Source: Prasinococcaceae sp. CCMP 1430 | Taxonomy: Eukaryota; Plantae; Prasinodermophyta | Assembly: GCA_013416795.1 (NCBI GenBank) | Contig: RQSC01000003.1 | Location: 98,834 to 146,045, forward strand | Direction: 5' to 3' | Length of the DNA: 47,212 nt | Shown: piece by piece, positions 10,264-20,923 of the stretch | How positions within the stretch are numbered: the stretch's first letter is position 1 | Layout of the letters: the number at the start of each line of letters is the position of its first letter | Position numbers and translations under genes: made by a program | The notes under the pieces: generated by a model | Told to the model about the DNA's origin: nothing | Databases searched by the model: none | The model's input: only the letters and a program-made list of their open reading frames with translations

Positions 10264-11301
10264 CTAGTGCACGTTTGGCACTGGTGGGGTCGCGACCGGC
10301 GTGCCCGCATCTACGCGCGCTTCCGACGTCGGGGGCGTGACCATGGGCGCAGGTGTGCCAGAGGACTGCAGCGAAGAGGGGCTACCGACTGCATACAGCT
10401 GTTGCTGCGACTGTCCGTCACTTCGAGAGGAGCTCTGGGGCGTCGTGCGCTTCTTGGCGGGGCTCCTCTTCGTGCTGCCGCGCGCACCACGCCCGATGCC
10501 GCTTGTGCGAGCGGGGGCTGCAGTGTTGCTGCTCTCGCTCAGCGGGTCGAAGCGCGGAGCGCGGGCGTCGAGTGTGTGCGCCGCCGGCATCGAGTTCTCC
10601 TTGTTGGTGCTGCCAGTGGCGCGAGCAGCGCGTGTGCGGCCCATCGGCGAGCGCGAGCGCACGCGTTGGATGGTGCCCTGCATGCGCTCGGCCTCCTTGC
10701 GTAGAGTTTCAAGCTCCTTGCGCCAGGATTCCATGTCGGAGGAGCGTGCCTGCGCGCGGCGCACGGCGTCTTCGTTAGCCTGTGCGCGCGCGCGCATCTC
10801 ACGAGCCTGCGCACGAAGCGCAGCCACATCGGCCTCCCGCGCCGCCAGCGTGGCGCGCGCTTCCTCAAGTGCGCGCGTGGCCTCGGCGGCACGTGCCCGT
10901 GCCGATGCTGCCGCGCGTTTCGCGCGCCGCGCGCGGCCGTGTGACACAAGCAGCCACACACAGCTGGCCACGCTTGCCACGAACGATGCGGCGGTCATCG
11001 CGCGTGAGGAAGGTTGCTTCGATGCCGTGCTTGTTGCGCGACGGTGGCTCCCGGGCGCGCTCTGCGCCCCCCTGGGGGTGCTTGTTCCGCTGCCTTTGCC
11101 TCCCATGTCCTCCACGCTGGCGGGAGAGCTAGATGGAGGGACAGGGCCAACGGAAGGCGGAACAGGCGTTGCGACGGCAGCCGCAACGGCGCCGCCCGAG
11201 TTGGCGGCGGCCCCTTCGCGCCCCGCCTCAGGCGCAGGCCCGGCGCCCGCCTGCCCACCCGCCCCCACGGCGGTCTGAGCCCCCCTACGCTGCCAAAGCA
11301 T
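10264..11301 (-). CDS. Hypothetical protein with one hydrophobic helix and a coiled coil; 5' structure uncertain (in-frame ATGs at 11301 and 11106)
   Basis: Open frame of 345 codons. Hydrophobic SFVASVASCVWLLV is followed by a heptad-like A/R/E-rich segment (ARAAEATRALEEARATLAAREADVAALRAQ..KELETLRKEAERMQ). Confidence 0.55.
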   Translation of the reverse strand: MLWQRRGAQTAVGAGGQAGAGPAPEAGREGAAANSGGAVAAAVATPVPPSVGPVPPSSSPASVEDMGGKGSGTSTPRGAQSAPGSHRRATSTASKQPSSRAMTAASFVASVASCVWLLVSHGRARRAKRAAASARARAAEATRALEEARATLAAREADVAALRAQAREMRARAQANEDAVRRAQARSSDMESWRKELETLRKEAERMQGTIQRVRSRSPMGRTRAARATGSTNKENSMPAAHTLDARAPRFDPLSESSNTAAPARTSGIGRGARGSTKRSPAKKRTTPQSSSRSDGQSQQQLYAVGSPSSLQSSGTPAPMVTPPTSEARVDAGTPVATPPVPNVH

Positions 11302-12001
11302 CCGCCCTCAGCCTGCGCGCGCGCGAACGTTGCAGGCGGCTCCACTGGCGAGAGCAACACTTCCTCGCTTGATTTGGTTCTGCGCCACCCACTTGACGGA
11401 GGCGGGAGGCCCTGCTGGAGAAGCGCCGCTCGCGCCGCCGCGCTCGGTTGAGGGAGCCGCGGGGGGCAAGAGGTCGGCGGGACGCGCGGCGCGGGGCGCC
11501 TTGGGGGCCGAAGAACACCACCGCGCGACGTGCGGGGTGTGGCGGCGTGGCCCCGCGCGCTGGCACTGCCACGCTGCCACATGCCCGTCCCTCCACGCAA
11601 CCGCGCGCCATTTTTCGGTGCGTGCGAAAATATGCGCCAACAGCCCCGTTCGCATGCGCATTGGCGGATCGCTTTGATTTTGACGCGCGTGCGTGCGTTT
11701 GCTTTGTTTTTGATAACGGGACTTTCAAGCGCCCGCAGTCATGGGTGCCCACTCCAAGAGGGTCCTGACGGCGGACGAGGCTGTGGTGAGGCTCCTCGTC
11801 TCGGCGCTCGGGAGAGGGTGGGTGGGTGGGTGGGGGCATGGAGGCCGTCGGCGCCTCCGCGGCGCGTGGCGGGAGGCGGCCGTTGCGGTCGCGGCGCGTG
11901 CGGCCCGGCCGCAACGTGTTGGTGCTGGCGGGCTGAACGCGGCGCCGCGGAGCGAAACCACTCATCAAGTAATGCACAAAGTCTACACGGTACGAAAGGC
12001 C

Positions 12002-12910
12002 TCACTGCTGGATGCACGGGGGCGCGGCGACGGCGGACGGGTGGGGCGGTCCGTCCCCGTCTGAGTCCGAGTCGTCGTCAAAGACGATGAAGTGGAAGCC
12101 CCTACCGGCCCCCTCCGATATCTCTCGGGCCGCCGCGATGCGGACCTCGTCGAGGCCCTCCAAACCCCACCAGTCGAAGCCGCACATGTTGAGGATGTAC
12201 ATCGCGTGCTCAACTCGAAGGCTGTACAGGGGCGACTCTTGCCTCCCGATCGCCATGAGCAGCGTCTCGGCCGCGCGCCTGAACGCTGGAGGGAAGCGCG
12301 AGTGCACGTCCGGCTCGGGGTTCCACATCATGTACCGCGCGCCGTAGCTTATCCTGCCGACGAACTCGCGCCGGGGACGCCAGCTGTGTCCACCCCAAGG
12401 CGCGTACGCCCCGAATGGCTCCCATGAGAGGTGCGCCAGCGCGGGGCTCACCATCAGTAGGTCGTTATGGTGGTCCCGGGGCGTTCTGGGTCCGCGCTGA
12501 TTGTCGTACACGATCCCAGTGTCGTCTTCGAGACGCGAGTGCACGTACAATCCGCGCGTCTCTCCCGCCGGGATGACGATGGGCTTCTCAAACCTCAGCT
12601 CCTCCAGGCTGTCGAACGACGGGGCATGGTCGCGCTCGTACACAACCTGCCACTCGTCTTTGTCATCGAACACCTCGGAATGAGAGCCGTTCGTCACGGA
12701 GACGGACATCGGGCCGAGCATGCCACGCACGGAGATGCTCTCAATCTCCACGCTGTGAACAGGGAGCGTCTTGAGCACCGAGACGTCGAACATCACGCCG
12801 CAAAAAGTGTGGTCCTCGTGGTCAGCCATCTCCGCCTCGAATCGCTCGTACTGCAGCGCCTCCTCCAGCACGCCGCGCAGCTGCACGGGCTCGGGCTCGC
12901 CGTCCGCCAT
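12002..12910 (-). CDS. Conserved-looking hypothetical protein, about 302 aa
   Basis: ATG at 12910. Complex, aromatic-rich globular sequence (TFCGVMFDV, GLYVHS, GIVYDNQR, REFVGRISYG, WNPEPDVHSRFPPAFRRAAETLL) with biased codon usage; acidic tail. Confidence 0.75.
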   Translation of the reverse strand: MADGEPEPVQLRGVLEEALQYERFEAEMADHEDHTFCGVMFDVSVLKTLPVHSVEIESISVRGMLGPMSVSVTNGSHSEVFDDKDEWQVVYERDHAPSFDSLEELRFEKPIVIPAGETRGLYVHSRLEDDTGIVYDNQRGPRTPRDHHNDLLMVSPALAHLSWEPFGAYAPWGGHSWRPRREFVGRISYGARYMMWNPEPDVHSRFPPAFRRAAETLLMAIGRQESPLYSLRVEHAMYILNMCGFDWWGLEGLDEVRIAAAREISEGAGRGFHFIVFDDDSDSDGDGPPHPSAVAAPPCIQQ

Positions 12911-13472
12911 CGCCCTTGCGTCGTCCGTGGCCGAGAAGGCGGCGGCCTTCGGTCCCTGCAGCGACGGGGGTGGGAGGAGGGGCTCGCGCTCACGCGCGCG
13001 TAAGGGGCCTTCGACTGCCGCGGCGGGAGTTGGAGGCGTCCCACCTGCGCACGCCGCTGGGGCCGCCGCCGGGCGCCCCTCCAAGAGCGCCGCCGCGCGC
13101 GCACGGCATGTGGCGCCCGCGGCCACCACCACCCTCCAGCCCCGCCCCCCACCCGGGCGCGTCGGCCGGGGGTTACGTGGGGCAGGGCGCCGCGTTCGTG
13201 ACCGCCTCGGGCGCCGAGTCGGCGGTTGGCGCCACCGTACCAGCCAGTTCCAGCGCGCCACGGACCTAAACCCTATTTTTGTAACCTAAAAAAGCGCAGA
13301 CGAACAATGCCTCGCGACGGTGCCGCGTTCGGGCGCGTGCGCACGGACAAGAGCGGGCTCTCCTGACACAGGAGCGCGCGCGGCGCCCTCCGACGGAGGC
13401 GAGGCCAAACTTGCAATTGCACTTACTCCTGCGCGCGCGAGGCGGCGCGCCCGCGACCTCGCCCCCTCGCCG

Positions 13473-15602
13473 CTACCGCGCGAGGACGATGATCTTGTCG
13501 TCCGGATCCAGCACACGCACCGCAGACTTGTCCGGGTTCAACTCGATGTCCTTGCCCTCACAGGCGAAGCCGACAGCCACCTGCCCAAGCCGCTCGGCGG
13601 CCGCCTGGATCTCCCAGAACGTGCACGCCTCGCCTGGCGCCACGTAATGGTGCGCAAGCCAGGACTGCATGCGAGGCGCTTCGGGGTCAACCAACAAGCT
13701 GTGGTACGCACTCCCCACCCCCTGGCTCAGAAGCATCTGCGCGGCGGCGCCCGCGACCATGTCCCTTGGATTGAGGATCTCGTCGCGCTCGCCACCCAGA
13801 TCCTTGTATAGCTTCAGCAGCACCCTCTCAACTTCGGAGTTTGCACACACGCCCACCACGCGCGGGAGGGGCCGCCCCTGCCCGGATATTATTTTGCCCA
13901 TCTTCACAACAGTTGCCAGAGTTTTGGATGAGGCCGACTCATCATCGTCCTCAACGTCCATGCGCGACATGAGCACCAGCGCGTCGGGGGTGCCCGCGCG
14001 GCCATCGCCGGAGGCCAGCGCCTGTGATAGGTCGGCGTAGTCGTACGGTTTGCCACGTCGGTAGCTGAGCTGAACGCCCCGCTGCACATGCTTCTTAGAA
14101 GCCGCAAACTCAGCGGGCTCCTCCTCGAAGAGCAGAGTCACCCTGCTGCCCCTAGGCAGCAATCTTGCCATTTCGTCCACCGCGTTGCTCATGCGGGGCT
14201 CCCAGCCGCAGATGAGCACGTGCAGCGGCTCGCTCTCGCGGGTAGTGACAATGCTCGTCGCCGTTGATGCCTGTGGCGCCAGTCGCCATGGCGACTGCGG
14301 TATCCGTGATTTCGGGGTCAGCTCAATCTTGTCGGAGATGTGGATGAGCGACTCATCCGCTCGCAGCACGCGGTCGCCGCTGGGCATTAACTCCGGCGTG
14401 CCCGAAGCGGACAGCACGCCGAGGAGCACGCTCTCCGGAGACGCGCAGGAAGCCTGCATGAAGGTGCGACCCACTAGCACGTCGGGAACGGGGCACACAT
14501 AGAGCTCGTTCGTGGTGCCTTCCGACGTGAACAAATCCTCGTACACGGCTGCGACGCCCTCCTCCACGGCGGCGTGCGCAATGACCTGCCCCATGGTTGC
14601 CATGCCAAATACGTTTGAGTACTTGATGCCCGTCATAGCGCACACATCGTCGCCGCGCTGCTCCGACAGTGCGTACGCGTACGGCGACTGGACGATGATG
14701 CGCGGCCGCGCGACCTCGGGCTTGGTCGAGGAGACGGCGCGGCACAGCTGGTCCAGGCTGAGGAGCGTGGCCGCCTTCCTGCTCTCGTCTTGAAGCATCG
14801 TTGCCTGGTCGGTCAAGCGGTCATTCGACTCGGCCGGGTGCATCAGCAGCACGCTGCGCGCACGCTCTGCACCGACGATCTGTAGGGCGGTCGGGCTGTA
14901 GGTATTGCCCTCGCGCGTGGCCACGCGGATCCGCTTGAGGCCAAGGGCAGCAACCTCAGCGTCCATGGCCTCCTTGTTGCGCGTGGAAAGGACGACCGCC
15001 AGCCGCGGAAGGAATCCAGGGTTGTCTACCTCGGCTAGGTCCATCTGCCTCAACACGTTCGCGGTCGCCTCATTCCAATTCAGCACCACCGTGTGCCCGG
15101 ACGCCGGAATCCGGAAGTTTGAGGATTTGACGGCGTGTACCTTCGCAGCGATGTCATCGCAAACTAAGCCGAGGAACACGGCGAAGACGAGCAGTCCCAT
15201 GCCAAAGGTTAGGTTCGCCACGACGGCAGATCGTTTGTTCGGATGGTCGCTCGGCAGCAAGCTGCCTCCGGGCGCGTTAAGCAGCAGCAGGTACGTCGAT
15301 ATCATTGCCTCGCGCACGGAACGTGCTTGCCCCTGCGCGATCACATACACAGTGCCAATCAGACCAGTCGCCGCGGCGCTACATCCCACGAAACCGAGCA
15401 ACTTCCACTCCAGGTTGAGTAGCAGCAGCTCTTGCGCTCGATACGCTACCCGGTCAAATGTCGATAGCGGCGGCAGGATTCGGACATCAGTCGACGCAGT
15501 GCTGGACGCGGACTTGCCGATCTGCCCTTGCGAATCCTGCGCCAGGTCGGGTGTCGTCCTCCGCTCTGCCGTCCGAGGCAACATCGGTCTAATCGTAGCC
15601 AT
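13473..15602 (-). CDS. CASTOR/POLLUX (DMI1/PEC-like) cation channel with RCK/TrkA-N domains; frame stays open upstream of ATG 15602
   Basis: TM/pore region (..VANLTFGMGLLVFAVFLGLVCDDI), then GHTVVLNWN, REGNTYSPTALQIVGAERARSVLL, and a second RCK HVLICGWEPR. Ends ELNPDKSAVRVLDPDDKIIVLAR. Confidence 0.8.
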   Translation of the reverse strand: MATIRPMLPRTAERRTTPDLAQDSQGQIGKSASSTASTDVRILPPLSTFDRVAYRAQELLLLNLEWKLLGFVGCSAAATGLIGTVYVIAQGQARSVREAMISTYLLLLNAPGGSLLPSDHPNKRSAVVANLTFGMGLLVFAVFLGLVCDDIAAKVHAVKSSNFRIPASGHTVVLNWNEATANVLRQMDLAEVDNPGFLPRLAVVLSTRNKEAMDAEVAALGLKRIRVATREGNTYSPTALQIVGAERARSVLLMHPAESNDRLTDQATMLQDESRKAATLLSLDQLCRAVSSTKPEVARPRIIVQSPYAYALSEQRGDDVCAMTGIKYSNVFGMATMGQVIAHAAVEEGVAAVYEDLFTSEGTTNELYVCPVPDVLVGRTFMQASCASPESVLLGVLSASGTPELMPSGDRVLRADESLIHISDKIELTPKSRIPQSPWRLAPQASTATSIVTTRESEPLHVLICGWEPRMSNAVDEMARLLPRGSRVTLLFEEEPAEFAASKKHVQRGVQLSYRRGKPYDYADLSQALASGDGRAGTPDALVLMSRMDVEDDDESASSKTLATVVKMGKIISGQGRPLPRVVGVCANSEVERVLLKLYKDLGGERDEILNPRDMVAGAAAQMLLSQGVGSAYHSLLVDPEAPRMQSWLAHHYVAPGEACTFWEIQAAAERLGQVAVGFACEGKDIELNPDKSAVRVLDPDDKIIVLAR

Positions 15603-15689
15603 CGCCGGGGCCACATTGCCATAGATGCCAACTGCCGCTGCCCCGAGCGCCGTCGCCGCCAGCAGCGCCTTGCGCTGTCGCTCTCGCGG

Positions 15690-17127
15690 GCCACCGTCCA
15701 AGCTCTGCTGTCCATCGCCCTCCTCACCAACGTTGGTGTGTCGCGTAGAGACGTCGGCCACGCCGCCTCCTTCTCCCCCCTGCCGCCGCTGCCGCCGCCC
15801 GCCAAGGTGCAGAAGCCGCGCCTGCCCGGCCTTGACTCGGTGCGCTTCTTCCTCATCGCCTACATCTCCATCGGCCACTTCATCATGTGCGCCACCAAGG
15901 ACATGTTCGTGCTGAAGCTTTTCACCCAGGTCAACGTGGTCGTGGGCGCCTTCTTCGTGCTCTCCGGGTACGTCGCCGGCTACGTGGCGACCGAGCTGCG
16001 CAAGTACGAGGCGTCGCCGCGCATCTCGCCCGAGCCGGCGTACACGATCGGGCGCATCGCGGGCTACTACCCCCTGTATCTCTTCGTGCAGGTGCTCTTC
16101 GGGGCCATGTTCGTCTTCGCCGACGTGACGTACAACGGCCCCTTGTCGACCGCCTTTCACGCCCTCATCACGATGACGATGACGCAGGCGTGGTTCCCGC
16201 TGCACGCCGAGCTGTGGAACGCGCCCACGTGGTTCCTGTCGGCGCTGACCTTCGCCATGCTGGTGCTGCCGTACGCGCTGCCGCCCCTGGCCAAGATGCG
16301 GAAGGGCGCGCTTCGCAAGACCATGCTCGCGCTCGCGGGCATCAGCCTCGTCGCCAAGTTGGGCTACAGCTACGACCTCAACGCGTGGACCATGATGGAG
16401 GGCGTCACGCCTCCCAAGCTCATGCCGAACCTCATGTACTTCAACGCCATGCGCTTCAACCCGTTCTTCGCGCTGGTGGAGGTGCTCATGGGCGTGGTGG
16501 CGGCGCGCATGGTCATGACCGAGTCGCAGGAGGAGACCGACGCCTCCGCCCAGAGCGGAGTGCCGCCCGCGGTGCTCGCGGTGGCCATGGTCGCTGGCAT
16601 GTGGGCCCGCGCGGCGGGCCTCGTCGCCGTCAACGACATGCTCTTTCGCGGCCTCTTCTTCATCCCGCTCTTCACCTGGTTCTGCATCCGCGTGCACAAG
16701 GTCACCGTCGCCACCGGGGGCGCGCCCGCGAGCTCGCTCACGAAGCTGCTCGCCGCCAAGCCGCTGGTGTACCTCGGCTCCATCTCGTTCGCCATCTTCA
16801 TGATCCACGGCCCGCTCGGCCAGCTCTTCTACAAAAAGTTTGTCCGCGCGCATTCCGGCGCTTCGCCCGCTGCGCCCTCACCCGCCTCTCCGCGTGCGCG
16901 CCGTGTGCTGACCGCCCACCCGCCCGCCCGCGCACGCGCTGTCCGGCAGGGTCGTTGCCACCAAGGTCTGGGGGGTGGTCTTCACCAAGTATCCGTGGTT
17001 CTTCCCCTACTGGTGCATCATGGTGCTCCTAGCGGCGGCTGCGCTACAAAAGTTCTTCATCGAGAACAAGGCGGTGCAGCAGGCCACCAAGGACGCCACC
17101 AAGGCCGTGCAGGGCTGGTTCGCGTAG
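15690..17127 (+). CDS. Acyltransferase-3 (OafA-like) multi-TM protein, 5'-incomplete; exons about 15690-16837 and 16950-17127
   Basis: RLPGLDSVRFFLIAYISIGH, WNAPTWFLSAL and YLGSISFAIFMIHGPLGQLFYK motifs. Removing intron 16838-16949 (branch GCTGAC) gives ..KKVVATKVWG..QGWFA*. Strong C/G third-position bias. Confidence 0.85.
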
Positions 17128-17446
17128 GCCTGCCCCGATGCACGCGCCTTCGGCGCGCCTAGGCAATGCGTCGCCTCGCTCGCACGCCCTCGCTTGTAGA
17201 ATTCCGAGCATGCGCTCCCGCAGGCCACGCGTCGTGCCACCAGAGATCGGCGCGCTTTGCGACGGTGGGCCGCCTGTATATATGCAGGTCTTCATCAATG
17301 CCATGCAGAGCACGGCTCGCGCTACTGCAATTGCTAATAGAGAGAGAAGCTGGCGCTATCTACTGCGGTGCTTCTCGGCTTGCGTGCGTGCAATCAGATG
17401 ATACATGCGCTCGTGCAGGCGAGGGGGACGACGACGACGCGCTCGC

Positions 17447-19202
17447 TCACGGCGCGCTCCCCGTCTCGGCAACGCCAGCGCCGCCGGTGCTGCTCGGCGC
17501 CATCGGCTCGGAGCAATCGCCTAGGTCCCACAGCAGCGGGCTGCAGGCGAAGTTTTGGTGGCACGTGCCGTCTCCGAGAAGGTCGAACGAGGCGCACGCG
17601 CCCTCGCAGTCGCGCACCTTGGCTGGATCCTCGCACACCCCAAGAGGCTCCTGGACGCCTTCCCCGGGCGTGGCCTCGGGCACATCGCTCGCGCATCCGT
17701 CCTTGCATGAGACGGGGCATGCCTGGCGCACCACCGGCGCGGCGCCGCCGTACGAGCCACGGCCGCACGCGCCGAGCTCAGCGGCTGCGGCGCACGCCGG
17801 CTCGTCGAGGTCGGCGCAGTCGTCAGCGGCGCCATCGGGAGGACCGCCCTGCTCCTCCGTCGCCAACTCCTGTGGCGCAGCGGGCGCCTCGGCGTCCGGC
17901 AGCGTCCCCGCGCATCCCACGCCGCAGCTGACTGGGCACGACGCCTTGATCTCTTGGGTCGTGCACAGGCCCGTGCTGGCCAGAGTGGCGCAATCCTCCG
18001 TCTGGTCCTGGCACGGCGCCGGCGGCTCGCAGATCCCGCATGCTCGTGGGCACGCGACGAAGTGGGCCTCCACCTCGCAGCTCTGCGTCGCCGCTACCGC
18101 GTCGCACGAGGGCAACAGGTCCTGCGGGCAGGTGCCATTCGAGTCTCCGAGCGACGACTTGTCAGTGAACGCGGCCGGCGACGGGCAAGGAAAGAGCTCG
18201 GCGTCCGCGTCGGCGCACTGCCGCGGACACGCGATGCGCATGATTTGGAGTGACGAGCACAGAGCGCTGGCCAGGCTCACCGGCGTCCAGTCGCACGCGT
18301 CCACCCTGTCTTCGCAGGGCGCGTGGAGGCCCCCGTGCGAGCCGGGTGCTGGCGCGATGGCGGCGGGCCCATCGGCGTCCTCGCTGTTCTCGTCGCAGCC
18401 CCCGCACGACCTCGGACAAGCCAGCGCCATGCGCTGGGCGTCAGCGACCGAGAGGCCCTCCGTGCAGCCCCCCTCCTCCGCGATGTCCTCGCACTCGGCA
18501 AAGACGTCGTCGCACGCCGGTGACAGCAGCATGGCCGCCGGCGTGGGCCCATCGGCGATACCCCCGCCCTCAAGGTACATCTCCTCCGAGTCGCCGCAGT
18601 CGCCGCAGCACGCCACGGGGCAGGCGATCTGCGTCGGCGGCCTCGCGCACCACACGGAGGGCGCCTCGGCGGCCACCTCGCACGTCACCACGTTCCCCTC
18701 CATGCTCGTGAAGCGGAACGTCTCCGAGTCGACGAACCTGTCGTCGCCGGGCCGCGGCAGCGGCTCGCACTGCTCGATCCGAGAGGAGTTGGCGCACACC
18801 ACGTCGACGGCGGCGAAGAGGCTCAGCAGGCCCACGTCGAGCGCCTCTCGCACCTCCAGCGCCAGCTGCTCGCTGCAGAAGCAATTCGCGTCCAGCAGGT
18901 CCTGCGCGCTGCCGCAAAACGCGTCGTGCGGCACCTGACTCCCTGCGGACGCCACCAGCGTGATGATTGCGCTCATTGGGCATCGACCGTCCTCGCGCGA
19001 AACTGCCACGCTCGAATTGTCATCCTTGCCCTCAAATGAGAACCCGCCGCCCGCCGCCCCCTCCTGCGGCGCCGTCACGCGCGCCATCAGGCTGCGGCGG
19101 CGGCGGTATTGTTTCTGGAGCGGCGCACGCGCCGCGTCAACACCCCGCGGCCCCGCCGTGGGCATCGCGACGAGCGCTCCCACGGCGAGCGCAGCACCGT
19201 CC
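17447..19202 (-). CDS. Secreted cysteine-rich protein with multiple ShKT-like repeats and a C-terminal LNR/Notch-like module; 5' end lies in gap 19203-19544
   Basis: Repeated C..C..C..CP.SC..C modules (e.g. CQDQTEDCATLASTGLCTTQEIKASCPVSCGVGC) and a terminal CEGAC..LLGDGTCHQNFACSPLLWDLGDC. Hydrophobic AALAVGALVA next to the gap. Confidence 0.72.
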
Positions 19203-20923
19203 NNNNNNNNNNNNNNNNNNNNNNNNNNNNNNNNNNNNNNNNNNNNNNNNNNNNNNNNNNNNNNNNNNNNNNNNNNNNNNNNNNNNNNNNNNNNNNNNNN
19301 NNNNNNNNNNNNNNNNNNNNNNNNNNNNNNNNNNNNNNNNNNNNNNNNNNNNNNNNNNNNNNNNNNNNNNNNNNNNNNNNNNNNNNNNNNNNNNNNNNNN
19401 NNNNNNNNNNNNNNNNNNNNNNNNNNNNNNNNNNNNNNNNNNNNNNNNNNNNNNNNNNNNNNNNNNNNNNNNNNNNNNNNNNNNNNNNNNNNNNNNNNNN
19501 NNNNNNNNNNNNNNNNNNNNNNNNNNNNNNNNNNNNNNNNNNNNGCCCCGCTGCAAACCCCGCGCCCACGCGCGCGCGCACGCCGCCTCCGCCCTCGCGC
19601 TGGCGTACACGCGCGCGCGCGCTCGCGCCTCCAAAACAATGCGTTTTGATGGCGCGCTCCCACGCGCGGTCGCGCGCGCGACGGCGCCGCCTGCTAATAT
19701 TCGGGGCATCGGAGCGCGTCAATGCGACACTGCCAATCAAACTGGCCCCTCAAATTGTACCGAAGAGACGCCACGCGCATACACACAAAAGAGGCCGAGC
19801 GAGGTGCGTTTGGGCATCCGCCCGTTGGAGGGCGTGGTGCGGGCACCCGTCTCTCCCCAGCCGCACGATGCGGCGCGTCGAACCGGATTAGTTTGCGGGG
19901 TGCCGACGAGGACTGCTGCTGGCGGCGTTACGCGCTGAAAAAAATGGCCGTACGCCTTACGTGGCGGCGGATCGCGCGTGCCTGCCACGCACCACGGCAC
20001 GCGCAATCGCACTTAGCAGCTTCTGACATAGTACCATATTCGGCCTCGTCTCGGCGCGCGTGTGCTTCTCGCTCCGTCGCCCCCTTTCATACAGGTGTAC
20101 CAAACAGCGCTGGTATTGACGTCGACCTAAACGCCATCCGCAGTTCGGAGTCAAATAGGTGCCCAGGAAGCAGCTCCTCTTTCAGCGGATTCCCCAATTG
20201 GTCCGCTGCTAGACAATGGTTGGAATTTGGCGCGGCCTTCTTTGAGCCTTGTTGGGGCGATGCTTCCAGCCGAACCTCTGCCCGGTCGGGTGCCCTACGA
20301 AGAGGGACGGGCCGCACGAATGCTCTCGGCGAGTATTTTTTTTTACTGCACCTGCGGCGTCGTTTTCGATCGTCGAGCGGACCAACCCTTCCTTCAGCCC
20401 GGTGCGTGACTGGGATCGCCCTCCGTCGCCTGATCCGGGTTTGATCCGGGTTGGGGCCCCAGCCAGCCAAGGCGGAGGACCCCGGAGTGGAGGCTGCTGG
20501 GGTTGGGGCCGGGGGGCGCGAACGCGCTCGAACGGGGCCTTCGAGATTCCCAATTCCAAGGCGGCGCGAGAAAAGCTGACCCGGGCTGCCCGGGATCGGC
20601 AGGGGCAGAACCGGTGTGACATAGATGACGTCACTTTGAGATCAGGCGCGGCAGCGCGTCGTCGATATGGACGCGCCTTTGCATGGGGAGCATCGTCGAA
20701 CGGCGGAAGACCAGCGGCGGCCTCGCCTGTGCCGAGCGCCCAGCGGCGGCGGCGGGCGGTGGTGGTGGGGGGTGTCGAGCGAGCGAGAGCTCGCGCCGCG
20801 GCGGGAGGCTCTGGACAAGCTCGTGAGACCACCGCGGCCAGGGACGGGCAGGAGGTAGGGCCGTATTAATCGCGAGGCGAGGCACGCGCGCGCATGGGCA
20901 GGGGCGCTCGCGGCAGCAGGCCC

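Noticed and set aside
15700-16853. Apparent 1126-aa fusion ORF 13473-16853
   Set aside because: The upstream 380 or so codons are the antisense of the acyltransferase gene (H/G/R/E-rich shadow), not a real N-terminal domain.
20120-20135. CCTAAAC as a telomerase RNA template
   Set aside because: Only one 7-nt permutation, with no alignment region and no recognisable conserved TR motifs.
20150-20180. AGGTGCCCAGGAAGCAGC resembling SRP RNA helix 8
   Set aside because: The GNRA tetraloop and the flanking stem cannot form; similarity is limited to GGAAGCAGC.
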